Shown in pieces: positions 29,670 to 40,668 of a stretch of 64,000 nt of DNA (the first letter of the stretch is position 1; each line of letters begins with the position of its first letter). The notes beneath the pieces were generated by a model that was given only the letters and a program-made list of their open reading frames with translations, searched no databases and had not been told where the DNA came from. The position numbers and the translations under genes are program-made. Source of the DNA: an uncultured Acidobacteriota bacterium. GTDB taxonomy: Bacteria > Acidobacteriota > JAQAZP01. The stretch spans positions 864,001 to 928,000 of the forward strand of contig CAWIIB010000001.1 in NCBI GenBank assembly GCA_963836075.1, read 5' to 3'.

Positions 29670-31618
29670 ATGACCAGTCGATCTCGTGCGGCACAGGCGC
29701 CTCTGATCAGCGAGCGGGGTGCGGGCGGCGCGGCCCGCGGCTTGCTGCCCCTGCTCCTCCTGGCGGCCGTTGCGGTGCTGCCCTATCTGAACAGTCTGGG
29801 GAACGGATTTCACTGGGACGATCACCACCACGTCCTGGAAAATCCGGCGATCCGGGACCCTGGATACATCCCGCGGTTCTTCACCGACCCTTCCACCTTT
29901 TCCCGCGACCCCGGTATCCAGATGTACCGACCGCTGCTGATGGTGACCTACGCCATGAACTTCGCCGCCGGAGGAGACCAGGGCTGGGGATACCACCTGG
30001 TGAACATCGGGTTGCACCTGCTGGTGACCCTGCTGCTGCACCGCCTGTTGCTGCTGATCCTGCCGTCCCCCAGGGGCCGGGGCCCGGCGTTTGCCGCCGC
30101 GGCGCTGTTCGCGGTTCACCCGATCAACAGCCAGGCCGTGAACTATATCTCCAGCCGTTCGGTGCTGCTGGCCGCCGCCCTGTTGCTGCTGGGGCTGTCT
30201 TTCAGCCTGGCCGGCCGCTCCCCCGGACGCCGCCTGTTGCTCCTCCCCGCCGCGGTGTCTTTCTTTCTCGCGTTGCTCTCCAAATCCACGGCCATCGTGG
30301 CCATCCCCCTGCTGCTGGCCGCGGAACTGCTGCTCCCGGTGAAGGGCCAGAGATTGCGGGATCCGGTCCTGCGCCTGGCGGGCCCGCTGATCGCGGCCGC
30401 GGCGTATCTCTGGCTCTCGCGGACAGTCCTGGAGCGAAGCCTGGCCAACCCCATCAGGCCCCTGGGCATCCAGTTGGGGACCCAGGCGCGGGTCTTCTGG
30501 CACTATGTCCGGTTGGTCTTCGCCCCCTTCGGCTTCAGCGTGGAGAGCGACATCGTTCCCGTGGCATCCCCCTTCAGCCCGGCGGCGATGTTGTCAGTGG
30601 CGGGTCTCCTGCTCTTTGCCGCGGCAGCCGTTCTGATCTCGCTGCGGCTCAAATCGAGGCCGGCCCTGTTTTTCTTCCTCTGGATATTCATCACCCTGGC
30701 CCCCACCTCCATTATCCCGCTCAACGTGGTGGTGAACGAGCACCGCTTCTACCTGCCGCTGGCCGGCCTGCTGGGCATGGCCGCCGCCTGGTCGGTGCGC
30801 CGCTCGCCCGCTTTCCCCGGGCCCCCGGGCACGGGCGGTGCTGGCCGCCGTGCTGCTTCTGCTGGCCGCGGTCACCGTGGTACGCAACCGGGACTGGCGT
30901 GACGAATTCACCCTCTGGACCGCAGCCGCGAAGCAAAGTCCCGGCCGCCCGCTGCCCCAGGTCAACCTCGGGCTGGCCCACCTGCGGCTGGGCCAGTCCG
31001 ATCAGGCCGCCGAGCGATTCGACCGCGCCCTGGCCCTCGCACCCGGCCATTTCCAGGCCCTGGTCAATCGCGGGGTGACCCACCTGCGCACCAGGGAGTA
31101 TGGAAAGGCGGCGGCCCGTTTTCGCGAGGCCCTGGTGCAGGACCCCTCCCGGGTGGATGTGGCGATCAATCTCGCCCTGGCCGAAAACGGGAGCGGGCAT
31201 GCTGAAGAATCAGTGGAACTGCTGCGGCCCTACACCGATCTCTGGCCGGACCACCCGCACCTCTTCCATACCCTGGGCACGGCCCTGGTCAAATCGGGGA
31301 GTGCCGCCGAGGGCCTGGCCTGTTTCCGGCGCTGCACCGAGATTGATCCCGGCAGCGCCAAAGGCTGGAGCGGCACCGGCCTGGCCCTGGTCCGGCTGGG
31401 CCGGCGCAGGGAGGCCGATCGCCGCCTTCCGCCGCTCCGTCCAGGCCGATCCGGCCCATTTCGAGGGCTGGGCCTACCTGGGCAACACGCTGTTTCAACA
31501 GGGTGATTACCAGGGGGCCATCGCCGCGTACGAGCGGGCCAGGGCCATCAGGCCGGATGACGCCAAATTGAACCACAACCTCGCCTTGTGCTATAACAGG
31601 GCCCGCGGCAACGGGTAG
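29670..31618 (+). CDS. TMTC-like GT-C glycosyltransferase with TPRs; two +1 frameshifts (~30824, ~31415)
   Basis: FHWDD, YRPL, HP..QAV..R, EHRFYLP. Continues via 30838 (RNRDWRDEFTLW, TPRs) and the 31100 frame to the stop at 31618. Confidence 0.8.
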
Positions 31619-31671
31619 GCCGGGCCGCGAAAATCACCCTGAATCGCCTGCTCCAGCGAGGTCCTCCTCCC

Positions 31672-32572
31672 ATGGACGAATCACCCGCTTCTCCCATGCC
31701 GGATGCCCGCTCGCTCAGCGTCATCGTTCCGGCCTTCAACGAGGAAGCGGTGATCGGTGACGTGGCGCGGAAGATCATCCAGCGGCTGGGGCCGGAGGAC
31801 GAGCTGCTGGTGGTGGACGACGGCTCCACCGACCAGACCGCCCACCGGGCCCGTGAAGCCGGGGCCCGGGTGGTCTCCCACCCCTACAACATGGGTAACG
31901 GCGCGGCGATCAAGACCGGCATCCGCAACGGCCGGGGCAAGGTCTTCGTCTTCATGGACGGGGACGGCCAGCACGACCCCGACGAGATTCACGACCTGAC
32001 CGGGCCCGATCGGGGCCTACGACATGGTGGTGGGCGCCAGGGCGGGGTTCGACGGCGCCCTGCACCGCAACCTGGCCAACGGGATCTACAATCTCTTCGC
32101 CTCTTATATCACCGGCCGGCGCATCGCCGACCTCACCTCCGGATTCAGGGCGATCAAGGCCGGTGTTGCCAGGAAATTCGCCTATCTCCTGCCCAACACC
32201 TTCTCCTACCCCACCACCATCACCCTGGCCCTGATGCGTGCCGGCCGTTCGGTGAAATACCACCCGATCACGGTCAGCCGGCGGGTGGGCAGGAGCAAGA
32301 TCAGGCTGTTCACCGACGGACCGCGCTTCTTCATCATCATCTTCCGCATCGCGGTGCTCTTCTCACCGCTGCGCATCTTCATCCCGGTGAGCGCCGCCGT
32401 CTTTCTCACCGGGCTGCTCTACTATGCATACACCTTTTTGACCAGCCACCGGTTCACCAATTTTTCGCAGTTGATGATGGTGGCCAGCATCCTCTTCTTT
32501 CTCCTCGGCCTGATCTCCGAGCAGATCGCCCTGCTCCGGTTCGACCGCAGCGATGACCAACCCGAACCCTGA
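31672..32572 (+). CDS. GT2 polyprenol-phosphate-sugar synthase (DPM1-like); +1 frameshift at ~32006
   Basis: VPAFNEE, VDDGSTD, NMGNGAA, DGDGQH, then (second frame) DMVVGAR, DLTSGFR; two C-terminal TMs. Confidence 0.82.
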
Positions 32573-32595
32573 CACCTGGGGAGCAGCGGCGTCCC

Positions 32596-33772
32596 ATGCG
32601 GATCTGTTTCTTCGGAACCTACAACATCGAGGAAGGATATCCCGCGCGTCCGGGTGCTGTTGGAGGGGCTGCGGCGGGCCGGCCACCAGGTGGACCAGTG
32701 CCGCATCCCCTTCCTGGCCGACGCGGCGAGCAAGCTGCAAGGCGCGGCGAGCCCGCTGCGGTCCGTCCGTCTGGCTCTGGGCCTGGCGCTGATCCACCTG
32801 CGGCTCTGCCGGCGCTTTCTGAGAATGCCCCGGCCCCAGCTGGTGCTGGTGGGCTACCCGGGTCAGCTGGATCTCTTCACCGCCCGCCTGCTGGCCACCC
32901 TTCGCGGAGTCCCGCTGGTGCTGGACGCTTTTGTCTCACTCTACGACACCATGGTGGACGACCGCGGCCTGGTCCGGCCGGGGAGCCTCAAAGCGCGCCT
33001 GCTGCGCCTGATCGACCGTTCGTCCTGCCTGCTGGCTGACGCTGTTCTGCTGGACACCACCGCGCACATCGACTATTTCACCCGCCGCCTGAACCTTCCC
33101 CGGGAAAAGTTCATCCGCGTCCTCATCGGGGAGGACGACCGCGTCTTCACCGGTCACCGCAATCCGCCAGCAGCCGCGGACCGGGAACGGCTGGAGGTCC
33201 TCTACTTCGGCAGCTACATCCCGCTCCACGGCCTCTCCACCATCCTCGACGCCGCCCGCCTGCTGCAGACCGAACCGCGGGCCTCAGCGGTGCGGATCAC
33301 CGTCTGCGGCCGGGGCCAGCTCTCCCCTGAACTTCAGCGGCAGTACCCGGCCGGATCGCTGCCCGGCGTGCGGTTCATCGACCAGTGGCTCACCTACAGC
33401 CAGCTGGTTCCCGTGATCGAGGAGGCCGATGTCTGCCTCGGCATCTTCGGCACCACCGGCAAGGCCGAGCGGGTGATCCCGCTCAAGGTCTACGCCGCGC
33501 TGGCCATGGGCAAGGCCGTGGTCACCGGCGACACGCCCGGAGCCCGGGAGTTGCTGGTCCAGGGCGATACCGCACTGTTCAGCCCCCCCGGCGATGCGCC
33601 GGCCCTCCTCGCGGAACTGCTCCGCCTGGAAGCGGATCGCGGCCTGGTGCTCCGTCTGGGCCGCTCCGCGGGATCGCTTTTCCGCACCAGGCTCACCCCG
33701 GAGCGTCTGGCCGCCGGGATGGTGGAGGACCTCTCCCGCCTCGGCATTCCGGGCCGCAGCCGCGGCCGTTGA
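32596..33772 (+). CDS. Glycosyltransferase family 4; +1 frameshift at ~32642
   Basis: MRICFFGTY..YP joins RVRVLLEGL; later YFGSYIPLHG, CLGIFG..KA.RVIPLK. Confidence 0.8.
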
Positions 33773-33811
33773 GCCATGCCCGTGCAGTGCTCCACGAACC
33801 GCCGAATTGCA

Positions 33812-33827
33812 TGGCATGAAACCTGCA
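33812..33827 (+). promoter_or_regulatory. Putative sigma54 promoter for the small ORF
   Basis: TGGCATGAAACCTGCA (GG-N10-GC), ~35 bp upstream of the ATG at 33862. Confidence 0.55.
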
Positions 33828-33861
33828 AATTCAATGGGCCGGGGAAGCGAGGAGGAGCACA

Positions 33862-34053
33862 ATGAGGGATGAATCCGTTACACTGGACCGCGATCAGCTG
33901 AAGAAAAAAGCCGCCTATCTCACGGTGACCGGACGGTACCGGGAGAGCCTCAACATCATGATTTATTTACGAGATCGGCGCGAACGTGACAAGAATCTGC
34001 CGCTCATCCTGCCGCGGCGCCACGCTACGGATCAGAAAAGAACAAAGGTCTAG
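33862..34053 (+). CDS. Small basic hypothetical protein (63 aa)
   Basis: Strong GAGGAG RBS, own putative promoter, fills the intergenic gap. Confidence 0.5.
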   Translation: MRDESVTLDRDQLKKKAAYLTVTGRYRESLNIMIYLRDRRERDKNLPLILPRRHATDQKRTKV

Positions 34054-34095
34054 GCCTGCCTGCCGCAGGTGAATCCTATTCCCACAAGTGGGCAA

Positions 34096-34935
34096 TCATT
34101 TTCCGCTTTGCCCCGCCTGATGCCCCCCATCCGGTTCCGGATCCGGAACGGCTGGCGGTTTTCTGGCCAGCAGCATGGTCCCGATCCCCAGCGGGATCCT
34201 GCTGAAGATCCGTTCCGTGCGAAAAGCGGCCCCCAGAATCCGTGAAACCACCGCACTGGTGCCCAGCCGGCCCACCAGGGTCGAGCGCCCGGTGCCCGAC
34301 GGCGTTTTCATCGCCCGCCTGGCCCAGGGCATGTACACCCAGCGGTGGTAGGCATGCAGGAAGGGGAAGCCCCACCAGCGAACCATTTCCACCTCGAAAC
34401 CGGCCTCTTCGAACAGCCGGTCCAGCTGGCCCTTGTCGTAGCGCCGGAAGTGGCTGGCCCACTCGTCGTTGTCGTCCCACAGCCGCTGGAAGGCGGGGAC
34501 CGTCACCAGGGCGCGGCCGCCCGGAACCAGCACGCGAAACATCTCGGCCACGGCCCGGCGGTCGTCGGGAAGGTGTTCCAGGACTTCACCACAGACCACG
34601 GCGTCCACAGAGGCGTCGCCCAGCGGCATCTCCTGGGCCGATCCGGAGATCAGAGAGAGACTGGGCTCCACCTCAGGGGGGACGACGCTGTTGAGGCGGG
34701 TGAGAAAGTCGAGGGCATAGTCAAAGGAAAAGAGCCGGAAACCGCGGGCCACCAGCCGGCAGGAGAGGCTGCCGCTGCCGCACCCGGCGTCCACCACCCT
34801 GGCCGGCGGTTTCACATGGCGGCAGAGCACGTCCACCATGAATGTTTCGCGGAAATGGTGGCGGGGTCCTCCGATGGAGCAGTCCCCCCAGCGGATGGGG
34901 TGAATCTCGCATTTCTCCCGGCTGCCGGTTTCCAT
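34096..34935 (-). CDS. Class I SAM-dependent methyltransferase
   Basis: VVDAGCGSG, EVLEHL, VPA...W..ND...HFRRY (glycan-locus type). Confidence 0.9.
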   Translation of the reverse strand: METGSREKCEIHPIRWGDCSIGGPRHHFRETFMVDVLCRHVKPPARVVDAGCGSGSLSCRLVARGFRLFSFDYALDFLTRLNSVVPPEVEPSLSLISGSAQEMPLGDASVDAVVCGEVLEHLPDDRRAVAEMFRVLVPGGRALVTVPAFQRLWDDNDEWASHFRRYDKGQLDRLFEEAGFEVEMVRWWGFPFLHAYHRWVYMPWARRAMKTPSGTGRSTLVGRLGTSAVVSRILGAAFRTERIFSRIPLGIGTMLLARKPPAVPDPEPDGGHQAGQSGK

Positions 34936-35059
34936 TCAGCTCCTCCATCGCGAAACAGGAGGCAGGATATCTCCGTGTGCCGCTGTTGTAAAGCGGCGGC
35001 TCCACTAAACAACCGGGACCCGGATCCCGTAAAGAGAACCAGGACACAGGTGTCGATTG

Positions 35060-35088
35060 TTGACACCCTGAGGACGGAAACGTATATT
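35060..35088 (+). promoter_or_regulatory. Sigma70-like promoter
   Basis: TTGACA-N17-TATATT upstream of 35155. Confidence 0.6.
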
Positions 35089-35154
35089 GGATCATGACTT
35101 GCAACCATTGCTGGATCGCGGATACGGAGTGGCCGGCACGGAGGCCGGCAACCG

Positions 35155-35652
35155 ATGGCCAGACCGAACCAGATTCTGTGCATCATCCTGCTGACGGTGG
35201 CGTTTTGTGCCCTTTCCCCGCCGCCGGCCTCGGCCGACGACATGGTGCTGTTCAAGAACGGCCGCACACTGCGGGCCGATGAACTCGAGCTCAATGACGG
35301 GGCGTACCGGATCACCACCATGTCCGGGGGCGTGATGGAGATTCCGGTTGAACTGGTGGAGCGGGTGATCGCCTGTGTGGTGGACAAGGATGTGGAGGAA
35401 CAGCGGGGAACCGCCCCGCCCACACCTCCTCGCGCTCCGGGAAGCACCACGGGCGACCGCTCCAAGGTGACCAAGATCCCGCCCATCGGTTCCGGAGGCG
35501 GTGCCGGAAGAGTGGGCAGGAGCCCCGTCGGCGGCGGCAAGGCCGGAGGTAGAGCCGGTGGCGCCACCCCCATTCCGCCCCGGGGCGGGAGGTCGCTCGG
35601 CAAGCCCGGCGACAAGACCATCCCGGAAAAGGGCGGCGAGGAGAAGAAGTAG
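35155..35652 (+). CDS. Secreted small beta-domain protein with Gly/Pro/Lys-rich tail
   Basis: GGAGG RBS; signal peptide; DMVLFKNG..IP...VERV domain. Confidence 0.7.
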   Translation: MARPNQILCIILLTVAFCALSPPPASADDMVLFKNGRTLRADELELNDGAYRITTMSGGVMEIPVELVERVIACVVDKDVEEQRGTAPPTPPRAPGSTTGDRSKVTKIPPIGSGGGAGRVGRSPVGGGKAGGRAGGATPIPPRGGRSLGKPGDKTIPEKGGEEKK

Positions 35653-35740
35653 GCCTGCCGGCTTCGCTCCAGTCGCGCCCGATCATGCCCCCCTCTTCGT
35701 ACTCTCCAGCGGCAATCGGTGGACGGCAAGGAGCGAATCG

Positions 35741-36757
35741 TTGACCTTCAGCGTGATCGTCCTCAACTGGAACGGCCGGGAACACCTGGCCGGGTGCCTC
35801 GACTCCCTGAAGGCCCAGACCATCGATTCCTTCGAAGTGCTGGTGGTGGACAACGGTTCCACCGACGGCTCGGCCGAATATCTCGAAGAGGAGTATGGCG
35901 GGTTCGTCCGCCTGATCCGTTCCCCGGAGAACCTCGGCTTTGCCGCGGGCAACAACCTGGCCATGAGCAAGGCGGGAGGAACGTACATCGCCCTCCTGAA
36001 CAACGACGCGGTGGCGGCTCCGGACTGGCTGGAACTGGCGGCAACGGCCCTGGAGAGCCACCAGCGGGCCGGGATGTGCGCGGTGAAGATCCTCAATTAC
36101 ACCGACCGCCGGGTGATCGACAACACCGGCCACCTGATCTACCGGGACGGCCTCAACCGCGGGCGCGGTCGTCTGGAGGAGGACCGCGGCCAGTATGACC
36201 GGGAGACCGAAGCGTTCTTCCCCAGCGGGTGCGCAGCGGTCTACCGCCGGACGATGATCGACGAGGTGGGCGGCTTCGATGAGGACTTTTTCGCCTACGG
36301 TGACGACACCGACCTGGGCCTCAAGGGCCGGTTGGCCGGCTGGACGTGTGTGTTTGAACCCCGGGCCGTGGTCTGGCACAAATACTCCGGCTCCACCGGC
36401 CACTACTCGCCGTTCAAGGCTTTTCACGTGGAGCGGAACCGGATCTGGATCGCGGTGAAATATTTCCCGCTCACTACCCTGCTGGCCAACCCGTTCTATG
36501 CCGGGGTGCGCTACACCCTGCAGGCCTGGGGCGCGCTGACCGGTAAGGGAGCCGCCGGCCGTTTTGCCCGGGAGCAGTCCCCCTGGCAGCTGGCCTGGAT
36601 ACTGCTGCGGGCCAATGCCGCGGCCCTGGCCGGCCTGCCCCGCATGCTGGCCCGGCGGCGGCAGGCCCGGAGGCTGACCCGGGTGACGGCATCCGAGATC
36701 AGGAGCTGGTTCAAGCGCTACCGCATTTCCGCCGCCGAACTGGCTCTCAAGGAGTGA
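35741..36757 (+). CDS. Glycosyltransferase family 2 (WbbL/RfbF-like)
   Basis: AAGGAG RBS + TTG start; LNWNG, VDNGSTD, NLGFAAGNN, LLNNDA, GFDEDFFAYGDD. Confidence 0.9.
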   Translation: MTFSVIVLNWNGREHLAGCLDSLKAQTIDSFEVLVVDNGSTDGSAEYLEEEYGGFVRLIRSPENLGFAAGNNLAMSKAGGTYIALLNNDAVAAPDWLELAATALESHQRAGMCAVKILNYTDRRVIDNTGHLIYRDGLNRGRGRLEEDRGQYDRETEAFFPSGCAAVYRRTMIDEVGGFDEDFFAYGDDTDLGLKGRLAGWTCVFEPRAVVWHKYSGSTGHYSPFKAFHVERNRIWIAVKYFPLTTLLANPFYAGVRYTLQAWGALTGKGAAGRFAREQSPWQLAWILLRANAAALAGLPRMLARRRQARRLTRVTASEIRSWFKRYRISAAELALKE

Positions 36758-37974
36758 ACACCATGCCCGGCGCCCGCACCATTCTGAGCATCGCCGGCGG
36801 CATGGGGCTCCATCCCTTCGCCATGAACAGCGGCCCGGCGGTGCACCTGCGGGATCTCCACCGGGCCTTTGCCGCTTCGGGCTACCGTTCGGAGATCCTC
36901 TGCGCCGGCACCCGCCGGCAACGGCTGGAGGACCCCTCCGGAATCGTGTTCCGCGGGGTGGGCCCTCCCCGGGGATCGATCTTTTTCGCCGGCCTGTCCG
37001 ACATCCAGGAATGGATGTACAGCCGGCGGTTCCTCGCCGAGGGCCTGCGCACGGCACGGCGGCTGGCCCCGGAGTTCATCTACGAACGGGACTCGCTGTT
37101 CAATACCGGAGGCGTGAAACTGGCGCGGCGCCTGGGACTGCCCCACCTGCTGGAAGTCAACGCCCCGCTGCGCCGGGAACGGCGGCACTACCGCCGGTTC
37201 CGCTTTGAGAGGCTGGCCGCCCGCTGCGAAGCGGAACTCTACCAGGGAACCAGCGCGGTGATCGCCGTTTCCGGCCCGATGCGCGACTACCTGCTGGAAC
37301 GGGGCGTGGCGGAGGAGAAGATCCACGTGGTGCCCAACGGGGCGGACACCGCACGCTTCCCGGCCGGAGGGGACCGGGAACAGGCGCTGCGCGACCTCGG
37401 CCTGCCCGCGGACCGGCTGCTGGTGGGCCACGTGGGCACACTGAAACCATGGCACGGAACGGACGACCTGGCGCACTGCCTGGTCAGCAGCCTGCGGCGG
37501 GACAGCCGCCTCGGGGCACTGGTGGTGGGCGACGGACCGGGGCTGCCCCTGCTGCGGGACCGGGTGGAGGCCGCTGGTCTGGCCCGCCGGTTCACCTTCA
37601 CCGGCGCGGTGGACGCCGACCGGGTGCCCGGACTGGTGACCGCCTGCCGGATCATGGTGGCCCTCTACCCCGCGGCGGGGGATGAGGCCTTCTATTTTTC
37701 ACCGCTGAAGATCATCGAGGCCATGTCCGCCGGCCGTCCGGTTGTGGCCACCCGGCTGGGGCAGATCGCCGAGGTGGTACGGGACGGCGTGGACGGGCTG
37801 CTGGTGGAGCCGGGAGACCGCGACGCTGCCACAGAGGCCGTGCTGGCCCTGGCCGGAGACCCGGATCGCTGCCGGACCATGGGCCGCGCCGCGGCGGATC
37901 GCTGCCGCGCGCAATTCAGCTGGACTTCTGTGGCCTGCCGCATTCTCGACGTGGCCGGGGAGGTCGGGTCATGA
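36754..37974 (+). CDS. Glycosyltransferase family 4
   Basis: IYER, LEVNAP, VVPNG, GTLKPWHG, FYFSPLKIIE. Confidence 0.9.
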   Translation: MNTMPGARTILSIAGGMGLHPFAMNSGPAVHLRDLHRAFAASGYRSEILCAGTRRQRLEDPSGIVFRGVGPPRGSIFFAGLSDIQEWMYSRRFLAEGLRTARRLAPEFIYERDSLFNTGGVKLARRLGLPHLLEVNAPLRRERRHYRRFRFERLAARCEAELYQGTSAVIAVSGPMRDYLLERGVAEEKIHVVPNGADTARFPAGGDREQALRDLGLPADRLLVGHVGTLKPWHGTDDLAHCLVSSLRRDSRLGALVVGDGPGLPLLRDRVEAAGLARRFTFTGAVDADRVPGLVTACRIMVALYPAAGDEAFYFSPLKIIEAMSAGRPVVATRLGQIAEVVRDGVDGLLVEPGDRDAATEAVLALAGDPDRCRTMGRAAADRCRAQFSWTSVACRILDVAGEVGS

Positions 37975-38924
37975 CTGAGACCTCCAGCGGCATCTCGCTG
38001 ATCCTGCCGGTTTTCAACGACGGTCCGGCAGCCGTCCGCTGTATTGAATCAATCGCCCGGATGGACTCCCCCGGCTGCCCGGTGGAGGTCATCGTGGTGG
38101 ACAACGGCAGCACCGACGGGACCCGTGAACAGCTGGCCCGTCATCCGGGGATCGTCCTGCTGGACGAGAAGCGCCGCGGTGCCTACGCGGCCAGAAACTG
38201 CGGGGCCGCTGCCGCCGGCGGATCAATTCTCGCCTTTACCGACAGCGACTGCGAAGTTGAACCAGGCTGGGCCCGGGCCGTGTCCGACGCCCTGGTGGAA
38301 GATGCCGTGGAGGCCGCCCAGGGGCACACCGTGGGCCGGGCCGGACAGTCGGTCTGGTCGGTCTATTGCGGACGGCAGTATGCCGAAACCCTCCACCGGA
38401 TGACCGGGAGAGAGAGCCTGGACCGGGCGGACACCCGGAACTTTGCGGTGCGGGCCCGGACGTTTCACCGCCTGGGCGGGTTTCGCACCGCGTGGCCCCA
38501 CGCCGCGGACTGGGAATTCGGTGCCAGGCTGCACCACCAGGGCTGCCGGACGGTGAGTGCCCCGGGAATGCGGGTCCGGCACCACGACCCGGAGAGCCTG
38601 GATCAGATCCTGAAGACCCGCGGACGCCAGGCCGCCTGCATGTCGTCGATGTGCGACACCATCCCCTGGTTGCGGGAAAGCGGTTACCTGGCGCCGGCCA
38701 ATCGCTGGTATCATGGCGGCCGCAGAGTGCCGCCGCTGCGATGGCTGATCAGCGCCCTGCTGGGCACGGCCGAGCGGTCCACCGCAACCTGGCTGAAACG
38801 ATTTCACTCGTCCCGCCCCGGGCCGGCGGGCTACCGGATCTACAAGATGGCCGGGGCCCTGGCCGGGGCAGGCGGGTTGTACCGGCCGGCGGCACCGGAC
38901 GGACCGGACCGCGAGGAAACATGA
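37971..38924 (+). CDS. Glycosyltransferase family 2
   Basis: LPVFN, VVDNGSTD, AARN.G, FTDSD. Confidence 0.88.
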   Translation: MTETSSGISLILPVFNDGPAAVRCIESIARMDSPGCPVEVIVVDNGSTDGTREQLARHPGIVLLDEKRRGAYAARNCGAAAAGGSILAFTDSDCEVEPGWARAVSDALVEDAVEAAQGHTVGRAGQSVWSVYCGRQYAETLHRMTGRESLDRADTRNFAVRARTFHRLGGFRTAWPHAADWEFGARLHHQGCRTVSAPGMRVRHHDPESLDQILKTRGRQAACMSSMCDTIPWLRESGYLAPANRWYHGGRRVPPLRWLISALLGTAERSTATWLKRFHSSRPGPAGYRIYKMAGALAGAGGLYRPAAPDGPDREET

Positions 38925-39874
38925 TGCCGGAGATCCAGACAGAGACGGCGGACCGGCCCCGGGTGACCGCCCTGGTGCTCAACTGGCGACGGCCGGACGA
39001 CACCATCGGGGCCGTAACGTCACTGCTCGATTCCAGCTGGCCGGAGCTGAAGGTGCTGGTTGTGGAGAACGGATCGGGGGATGACTCGCCACAACGGCTG
39101 AAAAAGGAGCTTCCCGCCGGCGTCGGGTTGCTGGTCAATGAGAAGAACCTCGGGTTCGCCGGGGGGTGCAACATCGGGATCCGCCGGGCACTGGACCAGG
39201 GGGCCGAATTCATCTTTCTCCTCAACAGTGATGCCCGGGTGACCGAAACCACGGTGGAGGGTCTGGTGGCCGCGCTCATCGACCATCCCCATGCCGGAGC
39301 GGCCGGCCCGGCCATCCTCACCGCTGCCGAGCCCCCGGTGCTGGAATCGCTGGGCGGCACCGTCGATCTGCGCAGCGGGCGGATCCGCCACCAGGGCTTT
39401 GGCCGGCCCTGGCCGGAAGTTTCCGCGGAGAGCGAACCGCGGTACACCGACATGATCAACGGCTGCGCCTTCATGGCGCGGCGCGAGGCCGTGGAGCACA
39501 CCGGGCTGATGGATGAACGGTTCTTCTGCTACCTCGAGGAGACAGACTGGTGCCTGCGGCTGACCGCCGCCGGCTGGCCGGTGCTGCTGGTCCCCGGCCA
39601 GAGCGTCCACCATGCCGGAGGCGCATCGCTGGGCGGCACTTCGTCGGCGCTGCGGGTTTACTTCGGCGTGAGAAACCACCTGCTGCTGCTGCGGAAGAAC
39701 GCCGGTCAGGGACTGGCCGGCCGCTGGCTGAGAGGGGTCAACGTCACACTGCTCTGGCTGCTCTTCCTCCTCTTCTCCACCGGAATTGCCCGGCGGGAGG
39801 GTCTGCGAATGCTGGTCCGCGGCATCTCCGACTACCGGGGCGGCCGCTTTGGCGGAGCGGTGCTGGAAGCATGA
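38921..39874 (+). CDS. Glycosyltransferase family 2 (WbbL/RfbF-like)
   Basis: ATG overlaps the previous stop; LNWRR, NLGFAGGCN, LLNSD, DERFFCYLEETDWC. Confidence 0.88.
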   Translation: MMPEIQTETADRPRVTALVLNWRRPDDTIGAVTSLLDSSWPELKVLVVENGSGDDSPQRLKKELPAGVGLLVNEKNLGFAGGCNIGIRRALDQGAEFIFLLNSDARVTETTVEGLVAALIDHPHAGAAGPAILTAAEPPVLESLGGTVDLRSGRIRHQGFGRPWPEVSAESEPRYTDMINGCAFMARREAVEHTGLMDERFFCYLEETDWCLRLTAAGWPVLLVPGQSVHHAGGASLGGTSSALRVYFGVRNHLLLLRKNAGQGLAGRWLRGVNVTLLWLLFLLFSTGIARREGLRMLVRGISDYRGGRFGGAVLEA

Positions 39875-40668
39875 CCCTGGACCAACCGACAGCCGAACAT
39901 CGCCGGACCCTGGTCATCATTCCGGCGCACAACGAACAGGCGCACCTCCCTGGGATCATCGCGGCGATCAGGGAATACCTGCCGGGAATCCACATCCTGG
40001 TGGTGGACGATGGCTCGAAGGACCGCACCCGGCAGGTCGCGACCGCCTCCGGCGCCATGGTGCTCAGCCTGTCGTTCAACATGGGCTACGGAGTGGCCCT
40101 GCAGACCGGATACAAGTTCGCCCTGCGCCGGGGCTATGAATTCGCGGCCCAGATGGATGCCGATGGACAGCACGAACCGCGGGATCTGTCCCCGCTCCTC
40201 GACGCGGTGCGTTCCGGAGAGGCCGACCTTGCCCTGGGGTCGAGGTTCCTCGGTCGCAAGAGTTACCGGGCGCCTCTGGCCCGCCGGGCGGGGATGCTGC
40301 TCTTCCGCCTGCTGGCGTCGCTGCTGGTCCGGCAGCACATCACCGATCCCACTTCCGGTTGCCAGGCGTTGAACCGCAAAACCATCCGCTTCTATGCCAG
40401 TGACATCTTTCCGGTGGACTACCCCGATGCCGACGTGCTGCTGATGGTCCACCGGGCCGGTCTGCGGATCAAGGAACTGCCGGTGCGGATGTATGCCGCC
40501 GACGACAAGACCTCGATGCACAGCGGCTTCCAGCCGGTCTACTATATTTTTAAAATGTTTCTGTCCATCGCCGTAACCCTGCTCCGTAAACACTCGCTGC
40601 CTGCCGCCCCCCGGGATAAAAGCGCTTCCCGGGCATCCGGCCGGCGGAAGGGGGAAATGCGATCATGA
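39871..40668 (+). CDS. GT2 polyprenol-phosphate-sugar synthase (DPM1/PpgS-like)
   Basis: IPAHNE, VDDGSKD, NMGYGVALQTG, DADGQH, GSRF, TDPTSG. Confidence 0.88.
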   Translation: MTLDQPTAEHRRTLVIIPAHNEQAHLPGIIAAIREYLPGIHILVVDDGSKDRTRQVATASGAMVLSLSFNMGYGVALQTGYKFALRRGYEFAAQMDADGQHEPRDLSPLLDAVRSGEADLALGSRFLGRKSYRAPLARRAGMLLFRLLASLLVRQHITDPTSGCQALNRKTIRFYASDIFPVDYPDADVLLMVHRAGLRIKELPVRMYAADDKTSMHSGFQPVYYIFKMFLSIAVTLLRKHSLPAAPRDKSASRASGRRKGEMRS

